A stretch of DNA of 64,000 nucleotides from Ostreococcus lucimarinus (taxonomy: Eukaryota), in the NCBI GenBank assembly GCA_000092065.1, contig CP000595.1. One strand, given 5' to 3'. The first letter of the stretch is position 1. Each line of letters starts with the position of its first letter. The notes beneath the pieces were generated by a model that saw only the letters and a program-made list of their open reading frames with translations, had not been told where the DNA came from and searched no databases. Positions 51,940-61,865 of this stretch are shown one piece after another. A program made the translations under genes and the position numbers.

Positions 51940-51955
51940 GACACACACACACACA
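51940..51955. repeat. (AC)8 microsatellite
   Basis: agacacacacacacacacgc. Confidence 0.8.
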
Positions 51956-52037
51956 CGCAGCAGCGATTATTACGCACTAGCGCACGCGGTACTGTAAATT
52001 ATATTCTTCATTCATTCTTTCATAATACAAGTGAGAC

Positions 52038-53729
52038 TCACCAAAGTTTCGGTTTCGGCACGCCTCTTCGAGGCACGCTCGACAGGAATTCGTGCTGCAT
52101 GTCGCGAACCTTTTCGGCGCCGACGAGAGAGGCGCCGGCGAGACAGGTGGCGATGATGGCTGGCGCTTCTTGATCGAACGCTGCACCCGTGACGGCGAGG
52201 AACAACCCGCCGGCGAGCAAGTACTTGCTCGCGGCGACGCATCGCTCTTCGAGCACGCCGAGTTCGCTGAGCGCCGTCTTACACGCCACGCAGTGCTTGG
52301 TGTGACGATGGTACCGATCCAGCTGTTCGGCTTCGGATTTCACCTTCGACGCGTCGTCGACGACGCCCGGCGCCCACGCGACTTTGCCTCCGGCGTGCTT
52401 GTCCATCCAATTTCTAAACGCCGACACTCCAGCGTCGGCGGGCGTCGGCAAATAATACGATTGTTTCCACGGTTTGTTTTGAAGCTCCATCTCGACCTCA
52501 ACTCCGTGCATGGCTAAGATATCCTGGTCCCCCAAGTTGTACGCGCTCGATCCCGGCGGCGTGCCGTGCGACAGCCCTACGCGCACGAGCTTTGGGTCGC
52601 TCGTAAAGTTGTCGACGTAAAAGTCAAACAGCGACGTCGCGGGAGCGGTGACAAGGGAGTTGATGCGATCGGCGGGTGAAACCTTACGCGCGCCCGCGCC
52701 CTGCACCGCGCTCGCCTGGTGGGCTTGGAACTTTGTAAACATGAGCGTTCGTCCGGGCTCCGTCGGCGCGTAGAGAATCGCCGCCGAGAGGTACTTTTTA
52801 CCCTTGGCGTCCAAGTATTCGCTTCGACTCGAGCACGGCGCGGTGAACACGCGCGATGCCGATACGCCGACGTTCGACTTGTTGTATCCACCGTGCTCGA
52901 CCACGAATCCATCCTTTTGCATCGTCCCCTCGCGAACGCTGAACTCAGTCATGGCCACGAAACCCGCGTTCGCGCGCTCGTCGAGCTGTCCTTCGGCGTC
53001 GTACCTCGCGTGCAACCACTCCGCGTGAGACGGGTCAAACTGATTCTCGAGCGCCGGGGCGTAACCCACGGGAAGCTCCACCATGCCCCACTCCCCGGGA
53101 AGCGTGCCTTCTCGCGCCAGAGACGTCGCGCACGGCGCGCCCGCGCTGGCGAGAAGGCCATCCGCGCCCGCCGTCGGCCACACCCAGAGAATTCCGTCTT
53201 CGACGCGGCTCGGATAGCTCGTAGCGCAAGATCGCGGCGATGCGCACGCGGTCTTTTCCGCGGCTTCATCGACGGACATCGGGATGGACACGCACGAGCC
53301 GTCCTTGCCGTCAAACGCCCAGCCGTGGTACCGGCACGCCAGCGTGCCGTCTTTTTGAACGTATCCCAGGCTCAAAGGCGCACGTCTGTGCGGACAGCTA
53401 TCCTCCAACACTCGCCACTCCTTGCACGTCGGGTCGAGGTAGGCGACGAGCTTTTTACCGAGCACGCGCAGCTCGTTCGGTTCGTTGGCATCCAAAAAGC
53501 TCACCGGACGAAGGGGATACCACGCGCTGGACCAATCGAACGACTCCCCCGCCGCCGCCGGCGGCGCGTTCGTCTCCGCAGTCGCCGCCTCGGACGTCGC
53601 TTCGAGTCGCACCGCGCTTCGGTGTCGTCGAACCGTCGCGGACCGAGTCGTCCTCTTATCCATCTTCCGCGGCGTCCCTCGCGCCGCGCCCCTCGCGATC
53701 GCGCTCGACATCGCCGTCGCCGCCGTCAT
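52038..53729 (-). CDS. Rieske [2Fe-2S] non-heme-iron oxygenase of the PAO/TIC55/PTC52/CAO family, plastid-targeted
   Basis: Rieske CxH...CxxH (CPHRRAPLSLG...CRYHGWAF). Mononuclear-iron region. C-terminal CxxC (HTKHCVACK) characteristic of PAO/TIC55/PTC52. Transit-peptide-like N-terminus. ATG at 53729. Confidence 0.85.
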   Translation of the reverse strand: MTAATAMSSAIARGAARGTPRKMDKRTTRSATVRRHRSAVRLEATSEAATAETNAPPAAAGESFDWSSAWYPLRPVSFLDANEPNELRVLGKKLVAYLDPTCKEWRVLEDSCPHRRAPLSLGYVQKDGTLACRYHGWAFDGKDGSCVSIPMSVDEAAEKTACASPRSCATSYPSRVEDGILWVWPTAGADGLLASAGAPCATSLAREGTLPGEWGMVELPVGYAPALENQFDPSHAEWLHARYDAEGQLDERANAGFVAMTEFSVREGTMQKDGFVVEHGGYNKSNVGVSASRVFTAPCSSRSEYLDAKGKKYLSAAILYAPTEPGRTLMFTKFQAHQASAVQGAGARKVSPADRINSLVTAPATSLFDFYVDNFTSDPKLVRVGLSHGTPPGSSAYNLGDQDILAMHGVEVEMELQNKPWKQSYYLPTPADAGVSAFRNWMDKHAGGKVAWAPGVVDDASKVKSEAEQLDRYHRHTKHCVACKTALSELGVLEERCVAASKYLLAGGLFLAVTGAAFDQEAPAIIATCLAGASLVGAEKVRDMQHEFLSSVPRRGVPKPKLW

Positions 53730-53863
53730 CGCCCGTCGTCGCCACCGTTTGTCGCTCGTCCACGACCGTCCGGCTCAGTCGTCAGCGCGCGCGCGACCGA
53801 CTGTGCGCGCGCCGATCCCGCGCTCGTTCGAGTGCGCGCGGCGGGACTTTTGAAAAATCACAA

Positions 53864-54166
53864 TCACTCGTCGCCGTCCTCGTCCATCGCTCGACGCCGT
53901 CGTTCGACGAGTTGACGGAGCCTCCGCGCGCGCAAATCGCAATCCTTGACGCCCACGACGTCGCGGTCGGCGTGATTGGCGTACGCCCTGACGTCGCGCG
54001 CGATGGACTTCGTCAACTCGTACGACAGCTCGCTCAACGCGTGGGCGGTTTTGGGCGTCAACGACTTGTCGTGCGAGCGAGCGACGCGCTCGGCGACGCG
54101 GACGACGTGTGATTTGAGGTGCTCGAATAAATTGGCGTCGCCGTCGCCGTCGCCGACGTCGCCCAT
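53864..54166 (-). CDS. CENPS: Histone-fold protein CENP-S / MHF1-like
   Basis: HALSELSYELTKSIARDVRAYANHADRDVVGVKDCDLRARR aligns with the CENP-S/MHF1 core (ISELTFRQCENFAKDLEMFASHAKR...EDVKLLARR). 100 aa from the ATG at 54166. Confidence 0.6.
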   Translation of the reverse strand: MGDVGDGDGDANLFEHLKSHVVRVAERVARSHDKSLTPKTAHALSELSYELTKSIARDVRAYANHADRDVVGVKDCDLRARRLRQLVERRRRAMDEDGDE

Positions 54167-54247
54167 CGTCGTCGCCGCGAAGTGCGGGCGCTCCACGGCG
54201 TACAACTCGCCTACGCTACTTCTACTTTGGCGACGCGCTGATTTACT

Positions 54248-54889
54248 TTACTTTACTTTTACGCAAATCAGCGTGTCGCCGCGCGAATCCCTCGACACGC
54301 GCCGCTCGTCGTCCACGTACACGTTTTCGAACCATCCACTGCCGACCGGGGGAATGGGAATCGAAAACTTGTCCCTGAACGTCAACGAAGCCGCCGTGAA
54401 TCGAAACTTCATCGTCGCGCGAGACGACTCTTCGACGACGGCGTCGACTTTAAACACCACCTCCCCGTCGTTGAACACGACTTCATTCGACAGCGTCTTC
54501 GCGTCTTCGCGAAGCGTCTGAAACGCTCGCGTCTTCGAGCGCGTCTTCAGCCCTAGCAACCACAGCGTTTCCTTCTCCGTCGTGTACGCGAGCTCCCACC
54601 TGGCGTACGACTTGGCGTTGTTCGAGCGCGCGTCGTCGCCTTTCGCGCGCGTCGTCGACGCCAACGCATCGATCGCGCGCTCGATGTCTCGTCGCGCGTC
54701 ATCGTTCGGCGCCACACCGACGCCTCGTCGCGACGCGTCGACGAGTTCGAACAGCGACGACGACGACGACGACGACGACGCGCGCGATGACGACGCGCGA
54801 CGCATCGCGCGCGACGCGCGCGACCCGCGCGCGAACGACGCCGGAGACGACGCCGGAGACGACGATTCGAACGACGTTCGCGCTCGCAT
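54248..54889 (-). CDS. Plastid-lipid-associated protein / fibrillin (PAP) family
   Basis: The C-terminal fibrillin signature GWFENVYVDDERRVSRDSRGDTLICVKV matches GWFDTTYLDEDLRI(S/G)RGDKG..FVL. Ser/Arg-rich transit peptide from the ATG at 54889. Confidence 0.65.
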   Translation of the reverse strand: MRARTSFESSSPASSPASFARGSRASRAMRRASSSRASSSSSSSSLFELVDASRRGVGVAPNDDARRDIERAIDALASTTRAKGDDARSNNAKSYARWELAYTTEKETLWLLGLKTRSKTRAFQTLREDAKTLSNEVVFNDGEVVFKVDAVVEESSRATMKFRFTAASLTFRDKFSIPIPPVGSGWFENVYVDDERRVSRDSRGDTLICVKVK

Positions 54890-54969
54890 CTCGAACGAGC
54901 GATCGCGCGTCCGCGCGTGACGCCGCCCTCGACCGGGCGCGCGCGACGCGGACGGTCGAAACGGCCGAC

Positions 54970-55004
54970 GCGGACATTCGGACATTCGGACATTCGGACA
55001 TTCG
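54970..55004. repeat. (cggacatt)4 tandem octamer repeat in a divergent promoter
   Basis: Four perfect 8-bp units between the fibrillin start and the 55130 gene start. Confidence 0.8.
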
Positions 55005-55129
55005 GTCGAATCGCCATCGGCGGGCGATTCACGATCAGCACGCATTGATCGACGCGCATCGCGCTCGCACGCGCGAAGACGGGGCGAACCGACGCCGATA
55101 CCGCGACGAATACCTAAACTTTAAGCGAC

Positions 55130-56554
55130 ATGGGGCCCTGCATGAGCGTTCTCGAGGCCGCGGGCGTGAACCTCGCGGCGTTACCGCCCACGGGACCGTA
55201 CGCGATGTCGAGCGAAGAATCGCTGTCGTTCTTGACGAACGCGGCGACGTTCGACAGCAACGGTGCCGGGAAACCGTTCGGTAAGCTCGTTCAACTGCGC
55301 GGCGGATCGCACACGCTCGCCAAGGCGTTCGGACTCGCGCCGGGAGGGACGCACAATTGCTTCATGTACGTCGACAAGGCGGAGTGCAAAATATCTAAAG
55401 ACGCCAAGCCCTTGAACGGGGCCACGATCGACGTGAGCGACGGTGAGCTGCAACTGTGGTACTGCCAAGGCGCCGCGATATCGATGCCGGTGGCGTGCGT
55501 GAAAGTCAACGGCGGCAGCGCGCGAGCGATTTTACCCCGATTGCACGCGGTGGATTTGTACGTCGAAATCGACGGCAAGGCGTACGCCGACGGGCACGTG
55601 TGCTACGGCAGCGACGCGAACTTGTCGCGCGACAAGGCGATCGATGCGGCGGTGAAGAACACGTTTGAAGGTGAACTTTGGATGAAGGACTTCTTGAAGA
55701 AAGGCCCATCCGATGGTTCCAAGCCGTGGGCCACCATCGTCAAGGATGAGCGTTGGGGCGACGACGACGGGTACGTGTACTTGCCGCTCATGGCTAACGA
55801 TGTTGACAACGCTTTGATGGGCGACGATAAGCTCACGTATGTGCACAGCTTGATGTCCAAATGGGCCCAGCTGATGGGCAAGATCGGCGCCGGCGCGCAC
55901 AGCTTCACCGTTCGCATCCGTCCGCGCGGCGTTATTTACAAGGACGAAGACGGCGCGCCCATGTTCGACTCCATCGGCGGTGGTAGCGACGATAACGACG
56001 CTGTCTTGGGAATGTGCGGGCAACATCTCACCGATCCCAACGCGCCGGGCATGAGCGCGACCTGGACTATGACACTCGACGCCGCGCAGGCGAGCGGCAA
56101 GGGACCCGTTCGCAAGGCTCAGGAATTCACCAACTGGCCGGCGGGCGAAATCGAAGAATGCATCGAGATGGCGATGGATTTCGCCAATAAGGGTGTGTGC
56201 GGTCGAAAGGCGGCTGAGATGGCGCCCAAATCGAAGTGCTGCCACATCATCTTGTCCGACGGCGATCAAGGGTCGGGCATCAAAACTGCGCGGTACGGCA
56301 ACGGCGAGCGCGAATATGACTTTTTCTGCGCGTGGGCGTTGTTTAAGAACGCCAACGGCAAGCCGGATTCTCTCGGCGCTCAGATCAAGTTCGTCGTCAA
56401 GAAGAAGAAGATTGTCAATTTCCGACCTGTGGACGAGGACTGGCATTCCGCCGGTTTCGAAACCGCGGCCGTCGGCGTCGAAAGCGTCACTGGTTTGACG
56501 ATCACCAACGCGGAAATCGACGCCGCAATCGCACGCGATGCCCAGTACTACTGA
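55130..56554 (+). CDS. Hypothetical protein with an N-terminal MGxC dual-acylation motif (MGPCMS)
   Basis: 474-aa ORF of normal composition. The opposing track ORF 55532..56629 is an Arg/Ala-rich artefact. HIILSDGDQGSG is vaguely vWA/MIDAS-like. Family unknown. Confidence 0.5.
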   Translation: MGPCMSVLEAAGVNLAALPPTGPYAMSSEESLSFLTNAATFDSNGAGKPFGKLVQLRGGSHTLAKAFGLAPGGTHNCFMYVDKAECKISKDAKPLNGATIDVSDGELQLWYCQGAAISMPVACVKVNGGSARAILPRLHAVDLYVEIDGKAYADGHVCYGSDANLSRDKAIDAAVKNTFEGELWMKDFLKKGPSDGSKPWATIVKDERWGDDDGYVYLPLMANDVDNALMGDDKLTYVHSLMSKWAQLMGKIGAGAHSFTVRIRPRGVIYKDEDGAPMFDSIGGGSDDNDAVLGMCGQHLTDPNAPGMSATWTMTLDAAQASGKGPVRKAQEFTNWPAGEIEECIEMAMDFANKGVCGRKAAEMAPKSKCCHIILSDGDQGSGIKTARYGNGEREYDFFCAWALFKNANGKPDSLGAQIKFVVKKKKIVNFRPVDEDWHSAGFETAAVGVESVTGLTITNAEIDAAIARDAQYY

Positions 56555-56574
56555 AACTGCTGACGCGACTTCAA

Positions 56575-56967
56575 GACATGTGCCCACCATCGCTGGCACA
56601 ACCCCTCGCATATCCATACTATAATCCACGCTTGAGTCATTTTGATTAGCACTTGATCGCTCGCGGCGCTAGCGCTTTTGTGTAATATAAGGTTGAAATG
56701 AGATTGAAATGAAAGCTTACAACACTCGCGCTGTGATTACGCCGCGATCTGTCGCGTCTCCGAACGAAGCGCTCGCTCTAGCGCTTCAAAGGCGCGACAT
56801 TTTTCATCGAGCGAAACGTCCTTCGCGAACGCTGGTCGATTGCATGCCAACGTTCGAAGCCACACATCTTCCTCTGCCGCATCTAGCTCGCGACGCAGAT
56901 TCGCGATGCGCGTTTGTTTCATCGATAGTATCGCGTTCATCTTATCGCCGCGTTCCGACTTCGCGCC
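56575..56967. repeat. Left copy of a ~393-bp inverted segmental duplication (truncated 3' end plus 3' UTR of the 61866..63464 gene, in reverse orientation)
   Basis: The reverse complement matches 63234..63626 with only a few mismatches. It carries a pseudo-exon encoding ...KSERGDKMNAILSMKQTRIANLRRELDAAEEDVWLR(T/A)LACNRPAFAKDVSLDEKCRAFEALERALRSETRQIAA. Confidence 0.85.
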
Positions 56968-57025
56968 ATTATTCATCTGTTCTTTATTCTCGCTGTTGTT
57001 CCTAGTCGCTATCTTTTTCTTTCTA

Positions 57026-59080
57026 TTATTCCACGACGGTTTCGTACGACGTCGATATTCCGATGAGTTTCACGCGGTGGCCATCACCACTCGTCACCTC
57101 GATGCGCACGTCGCACGTGTTCGATCCATCGAACTCGACGCTCTGCGGTCCCGCGTCGAGGCTGACACCATCTATAGTTATTGGAATCGAGTCGGCGTTC
57201 GTGAGACTCACTCTGCGTTCCCATTGCGTGCTTACGACTCGCTCCTCACACGAACACCCGTTCGAGCAGGATACGGCGATCGTTCCGTAACCAGACCACG
57301 AATGCAGCGTCGAAACCAAAATGGTGACACCTTTGACTTTACCGAACGGTTTACCGAGTGATTGACGCACGACGATGTACGCGCCTTTCTTCGTCGCGAC
57401 GTACCCTGGTTTGTGCGCAGTTCGCCCGCTTTCTTCGCGTTCGACGTACGTCCAGTCCGGTGACTCGTCCACTATCGGAGGCCACGCGAAGAAGCCGCTC
57501 GATTCGATGTCATCGACGACATCGCCGCCGTGCGTCAGCGTTTCTTTCCCAAACTCGTAACATTTCGAGACAATCTGCGCGGTTTTCGACGACGACAGCA
57601 TCGGAGGCAACTTTCCGGGCGCCGCATCTTTCGGTGGCGACACCGCGTCGTCTCTGGCAGACCAATACGCGGACGAGACGTATCGACCTTGTTCGTCCGA
57701 GTCTCGCGCTTCAACCGACACGAATGTGAAAGGTGCGTACGATGTCAAAGGCTTTCGTCCTCCCTCGTCGGCGTACGCCAAACGCGTCGCGTCGATGGCC
57801 ATGCGCAAACCATTGACGAAGTAGCTACCAACGATTCGTGTAGCATTCGGTTGCGTCGGGTGTAAGCCGTCGCGCGTCCAATCTAAAAGAGCAAAAGGCG
57901 CGCTCTCGTCTTGCGTCGAATCGCGCATGACGTCAAACATGCCTCGTCGCAGGTTGACCACGGGGATGCCGTAGTGCTCGGATAAGCGCTCGTACACATC
58001 GAGTACTGGGTGATATCTCGTATAAGCGTCGCGGATCGCACTTTTCATCGCTTCTTTTCGCGGAACGTCCAAGTTGTAGCCCTTGAAAATGAGCGAATCG
58101 GGCAACTCTCGGCACAATTGTCGCGTAGCCGCGAAGGAGTCCCCCGACGACACTTTCGCAAAGCGTGGCGAGCACCAGTTCTGAGCGTGCACAATCATGA
58201 ACGCTGGCATGTTTCTCTTCTCCTCGGATCCCTCTATTATTTGCTTTCGCTGCGTCAACTGGTGCATGATTGTCTCGAGTTCGTGCGTCAGACGCGCGAG
58301 GTGTACCTCCGCCACAGAGCCTTCATCCATGAGCTCGAGCGTAGCCGAGAACTCAAAAATAAAGAGATCGACGTTTTCTGAGTCGGGAAGCCATTTATCC
58401 AGACAGCTCGCAAAGGAGTGAATCCCACCACCCGGACGCGCGATGTTGATCCACTCGTGCGAAACGTTCGGGTTGTTGTACAGCGGTTCGACCTTCGACA
58501 GGTCTACCGGATACGTTTCCTCGAGCCAATCGATGGCGGGTCGCAACCATTCTCGAGCTTCACTCGGCGGCGCGTACATCCCAGCGCCGCAACATACGTC
58601 TCGCTTCCCGACCACTTCGCACATATGGCGAAGCGGGCGCGCGGTTGACGTGCAACCGCCGTGGACGCCCATTACGCTCGAGCCCAGCGCGACGATGCTC
58701 AGTCGTTCCCGCGCGTCGAGTTTACGGACCAGTTCACGCCAGCCCTCAGATACTGTGGAAATTGAGGTGGCATCGAATAACGCCTTGTCGACTCGCCGCG
58801 TCCAACTGCCCGACCGCCGGCGGTCGTCGACCGCCGGCGCCAACACCGCCGTCTCCGAACGCGCGCGCTTCTCGTACCGCGCCGGCGATGTCGCAGTAGT
58901 CGACGTGCGCGTGCGCGTTTTCACCGCGCTCGCGCTCGCGAGTGCTCCGCGCGAAAGCACGCTCAGCGCGACGAAAACGACCACCGCGGTCGCGTCCACC
59001 ACGCGCGCGCGAGAAAAAGAGGCGCGCGACGACGACCTCCCCGTGCATCCGCTCGCATCGTCGCGCTTTGTCTCCGCCAT
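57026..59080 (-). CDS. SGNH/GDSL-like hydrolase-domain membrane or secreted protein
   Basis: Signal-anchor (ATAVVVFVALSVLSRGALASASA) after the ATG at 59080. Block I IVALGSSVMG. Catalytic DxxH in WTRDGLHP. Extra C-terminal beta-rich domain. The upstream track extension overlaps the next gene's start. Confidence 0.6.
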   Translation of the reverse strand: MAETKRDDASGCTGRSSSRASFSRARVVDATAVVVFVALSVLSRGALASASAVKTRTRTSTTATSPARYEKRARSETAVLAPAVDDRRRSGSWTRRVDKALFDATSISTVSEGWRELVRKLDARERLSIVALGSSVMGVHGGCTSTARPLRHMCEVVGKRDVCCGAGMYAPPSEAREWLRPAIDWLEETYPVDLSKVEPLYNNPNVSHEWINIARPGGGIHSFASCLDKWLPDSENVDLFIFEFSATLELMDEGSVAEVHLARLTHELETIMHQLTQRKQIIEGSEEKRNMPAFMIVHAQNWCSPRFAKVSSGDSFAATRQLCRELPDSLIFKGYNLDVPRKEAMKSAIRDAYTRYHPVLDVYERLSEHYGIPVVNLRRGMFDVMRDSTQDESAPFALLDWTRDGLHPTQPNATRIVGSYFVNGLRMAIDATRLAYADEGGRKPLTSYAPFTFVSVEARDSDEQGRYVSSAYWSARDDAVSPPKDAAPGKLPPMLSSSKTAQIVSKCYEFGKETLTHGGDVVDDIESSGFFAWPPIVDESPDWTYVEREESGRTAHKPGYVATKKGAYIVVRQSLGKPFGKVKGVTILVSTLHSWSGYGTIAVSCSNGCSCEERVVSTQWERRVSLTNADSIPITIDGVSLDAGPQSVEFDGSNTCDVRIEVTSGDGHRVKLIGISTSYETVVE

Positions 59081-59252
59081 CGTCGCGTCGCCTCGGAAGC
59101 GACGCGACACCTCGTCGCGCGACACCTCGTCGCCATGCACCGCACAGTGCGGACGAACGCCTCGGACATCGCGATCATTCGCCGACGCGCGTCGCCGTCG
59201 CCGTCCCGCGCGCGCGCCTCGAGAGCGAGCGATCGCCGACGATTGATACGCC

Positions 59253-61784
59253 ATGATCGAGCAGCTGCGCCGCGCGGTCGAGGCGAAGCCCGCGCTCGAG
59301 CCTTTTGCCAGCGGCAGACGAACGATCGACGCGAGTGGAACGGCGAACGTCGCGTCGTCGTCGTACGCGGCGAATAACATTCGAGCGTGGTTGAGCGGGG
59401 ATGCATCGACGCCTTCGACGACGAGCGCGAACGCGACGAAGGAGGACGACGACGCGTTCGACGCCGTCGCGTACGCTAGAGAGGCGTTCAGTCGCTCGCG
59501 ACGAGGCGGCGCGGGGAGCGGTGGAGACGCTCTGGATGACGTCGCGTTACTCGCCGATGGCGCACGGACGATGGAGGCTTTGATCAGGGACGAAGTGATC
59601 GGGAAGCGTGAGACGTTGGAGGAGGCGTTGCGCGGCGTCGAAGAGGCGGAGGCGACGATGAAGACGATTCGCGAGGGCGCGAATGAAATCGCGGACGCGA
59701 TGCGTCGCGTGGCGCGCGAAATCGGAGAACCGCATGAATCCGTGGAGGCGTCGACACGGACGCTCGAGCGCGTGATGGCGACGGGGGAGACTTTGCGGGG
59801 CGTCGTCAAGGTGTTGAAGCTGACGAGTAAATTGCGCGAGTGTTACGGCGGCGGCGACGACGAAACCAGATCGAGAGACGCGAGCGAGTTGAGTAAAGCA
59901 GCCAAGCTTCTGGGAGAGGTTAAGCTCACGTTGAAGAGCGCCGGTCGCGATTTCGACGGTGTTGACGTCGTGGATGAGCAAATGGTATTTATTCAAGACT
60001 GCTCCGTAGCCGTCAGTCGCGAGGCGAACGAGGCGCTGGATCGAGGCATGGAGACCGCATCACAAGCTGACGTCGGCGCGGCATTGCAGGTGCACTACAA
60101 CTTGAATGAGCTTAGCGCCGTCGTGGATGCGCGCGTGGCGAGTTACACGAACGCCGCCGTCGACGCCGTCAAGGACGCCGTCGACGCGGAGAGCGTAGGC
60201 AAGACGGCGACCGGCGCGAGCGGCGACGGCGCTCGACGCGGCAGTCGAGGTCTCGTGGCGCCACCGAGTGGAGCCGAGCACGCGTGGGAAGATGCTCTGT
60301 GGCGTCGCGTCGACGTCGCCATGGAAACCGTGCAGGAAAATGCCATGGCGGTGTGGCATCTGCAACGCGTGTTGGCGAAGAAGCGAGATCCCCTCACTCA
60401 GACGCTGTTTCTCGATGAAGTTGTCGGTAAAACTGCGTCGACGCAAGCGCTTTGCGATCGTTTTTGGGCCGTGTTTGCCAAGGGCGTGAGCGAACACCTG
60501 TCTCGCACGCACGCCGCCGGGGGATTTGTATCGCGCGCCTTGCAAAAGGGGTTCCCAAGTCTCATCGGCGCTCTCGAAGACGCCGTCGCCAAGTGTGCTC
60601 GAGACGCGGACGCGGCAAAGGGGGCACCAGGATGTACGCGTAAAGACGGCACGACACGCGCACTGGTTTTGCGTGCGTGCGAACCGATCGCCGCGGCGTT
60701 CTTCGCGCACTCTTCCTCGCGTCTGAGCGACGCCGCAAACTATTGTTTCGCGGATGGGCGCGTGATAGACGAGGCGAGCGCCGATCGATTTCTTTCTCGC
60801 ATTCGCGCTGAAATCGATGTCGTCGCAGAATACGATAATTTGCTCAACAACGCGTGTGGAAACGCGAGTTCTGCTTTGAAAACATTGGCTGACCGGGCAA
60901 AGCGGTCGATCGGTCGATCGATCGAGGCTTCGAGTCTAACCGAAGAGGCCACGCCGACGCAACGCGCGAACGCGCAAATCGCCGAGCAACTCGCGCGAGC
61001 GCACGGATTGATGAGCAAAGTGTTGCCATCCTTCGCGCCGACGCCGAAGCGAGCGTTGGAGGTTGGACTCGAACACATCGAGTCTGCGGTGCGCGAAGCC
61101 ACCAGACCGCTCTTCGACGCCGTCGGCGATTGGTGCGACGCGAGATTTACTCAAATGCACAACACCGACTATAGCTCGACTGCGTCGGACGGGTCTGCGA
61201 AGCACATCATAGCGGTCACCTCTACACTCGGACACGTGGCTGATTCGCACCCAGGTCTTTTCACCGCCGCTCGCGGACCGTTGTTTGCGGCTCGCGTCGC
61301 GCTCGGCGATCGAATCCTGCACTCTTTCGTCGTGCACGCTTCGCTCATTCGCGATTTCGATCAGGGCGGGAAAATGCGTCTCGTCAAGGAATGCGGAGAG
61401 ATCGAACTCGCAGTGGTGAAGACCCTGCGTCTGGCTGGGGCGGAAACGGAATCCATGGAGTTCAAATCCATCAAGGCGTTTAAATCGCTCGTTCTTTTGC
61501 CGACGGAGAACATCGAAGCGTCTCCGTTGGTTCGAGATGTGTCGCGGCGAGCGCTGCTACATCACTTGTACAGTCGCGCGCCTGCCGAGTTAACGACGCC
61601 CGCTAATCGTGCATCCCTCAGTCAAACGCAATACGCATCGTGGTTACTTAAAAAAGCGAGCGACGCCGAGGTGTGGCGCGGTGTCAAGGGCACTCTCGAC
61701 GTCTTCACGGACGTCAACAGCGCAAATGCATCACACGTCGCCGTAGCGCTCATGCGGAAAATTGGTGAGAGCTTTGGTAAATAA
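59253..61784 (+). CDS. Large helical protein, tentatively conserved oligomeric Golgi complex subunit 5 (COG5)-like
   Basis: 843-aa ORF. ATG at 59253. N-terminal FDAVAYAREA...coiled-coil. All-helical composition and size are consistent with COG5. The identity is tentative. Confidence 0.5.
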   Translation: MIEQLRRAVEAKPALEPFASGRRTIDASGTANVASSSYAANNIRAWLSGDASTPSTTSANATKEDDDAFDAVAYAREAFSRSRRGGAGSGGDALDDVALLADGARTMEALIRDEVIGKRETLEEALRGVEEAEATMKTIREGANEIADAMRRVAREIGEPHESVEASTRTLERVMATGETLRGVVKVLKLTSKLRECYGGGDDETRSRDASELSKAAKLLGEVKLTLKSAGRDFDGVDVVDEQMVFIQDCSVAVSREANEALDRGMETASQADVGAALQVHYNLNELSAVVDARVASYTNAAVDAVKDAVDAESVGKTATGASGDGARRGSRGLVAPPSGAEHAWEDALWRRVDVAMETVQENAMAVWHLQRVLAKKRDPLTQTLFLDEVVGKTASTQALCDRFWAVFAKGVSEHLSRTHAAGGFVSRALQKGFPSLIGALEDAVAKCARDADAAKGAPGCTRKDGTTRALVLRACEPIAAAFFAHSSSRLSDAANYCFADGRVIDEASADRFLSRIRAEIDVVAEYDNLLNNACGNASSALKTLADRAKRSIGRSIEASSLTEEATPTQRANAQIAEQLARAHGLMSKVLPSFAPTPKRALEVGLEHIESAVREATRPLFDAVGDWCDARFTQMHNTDYSSTASDGSAKHIIAVTSTLGHVADSHPGLFTAARGPLFAARVALGDRILHSFVVHASLIRDFDQGGKMRLVKECGEIELAVVKTLRLAGAETESMEFKSIKAFKSLVLLPTENIEASPLVRDVSRRALLHHLYSRAPAELTTPANRASLSQTQYASWLLKKASDAEVWRGVKGTLDVFTDVNSANASHVAVALMRKIGESFGK

Positions 61785-61865
61785 AGTAGCAGTCTCGGCG
61801 TAGATTGAGAGCATCGTTTGCGTTGTAGAGATTGTAGATATTATTAGACGGCGAACGGTGATCCA

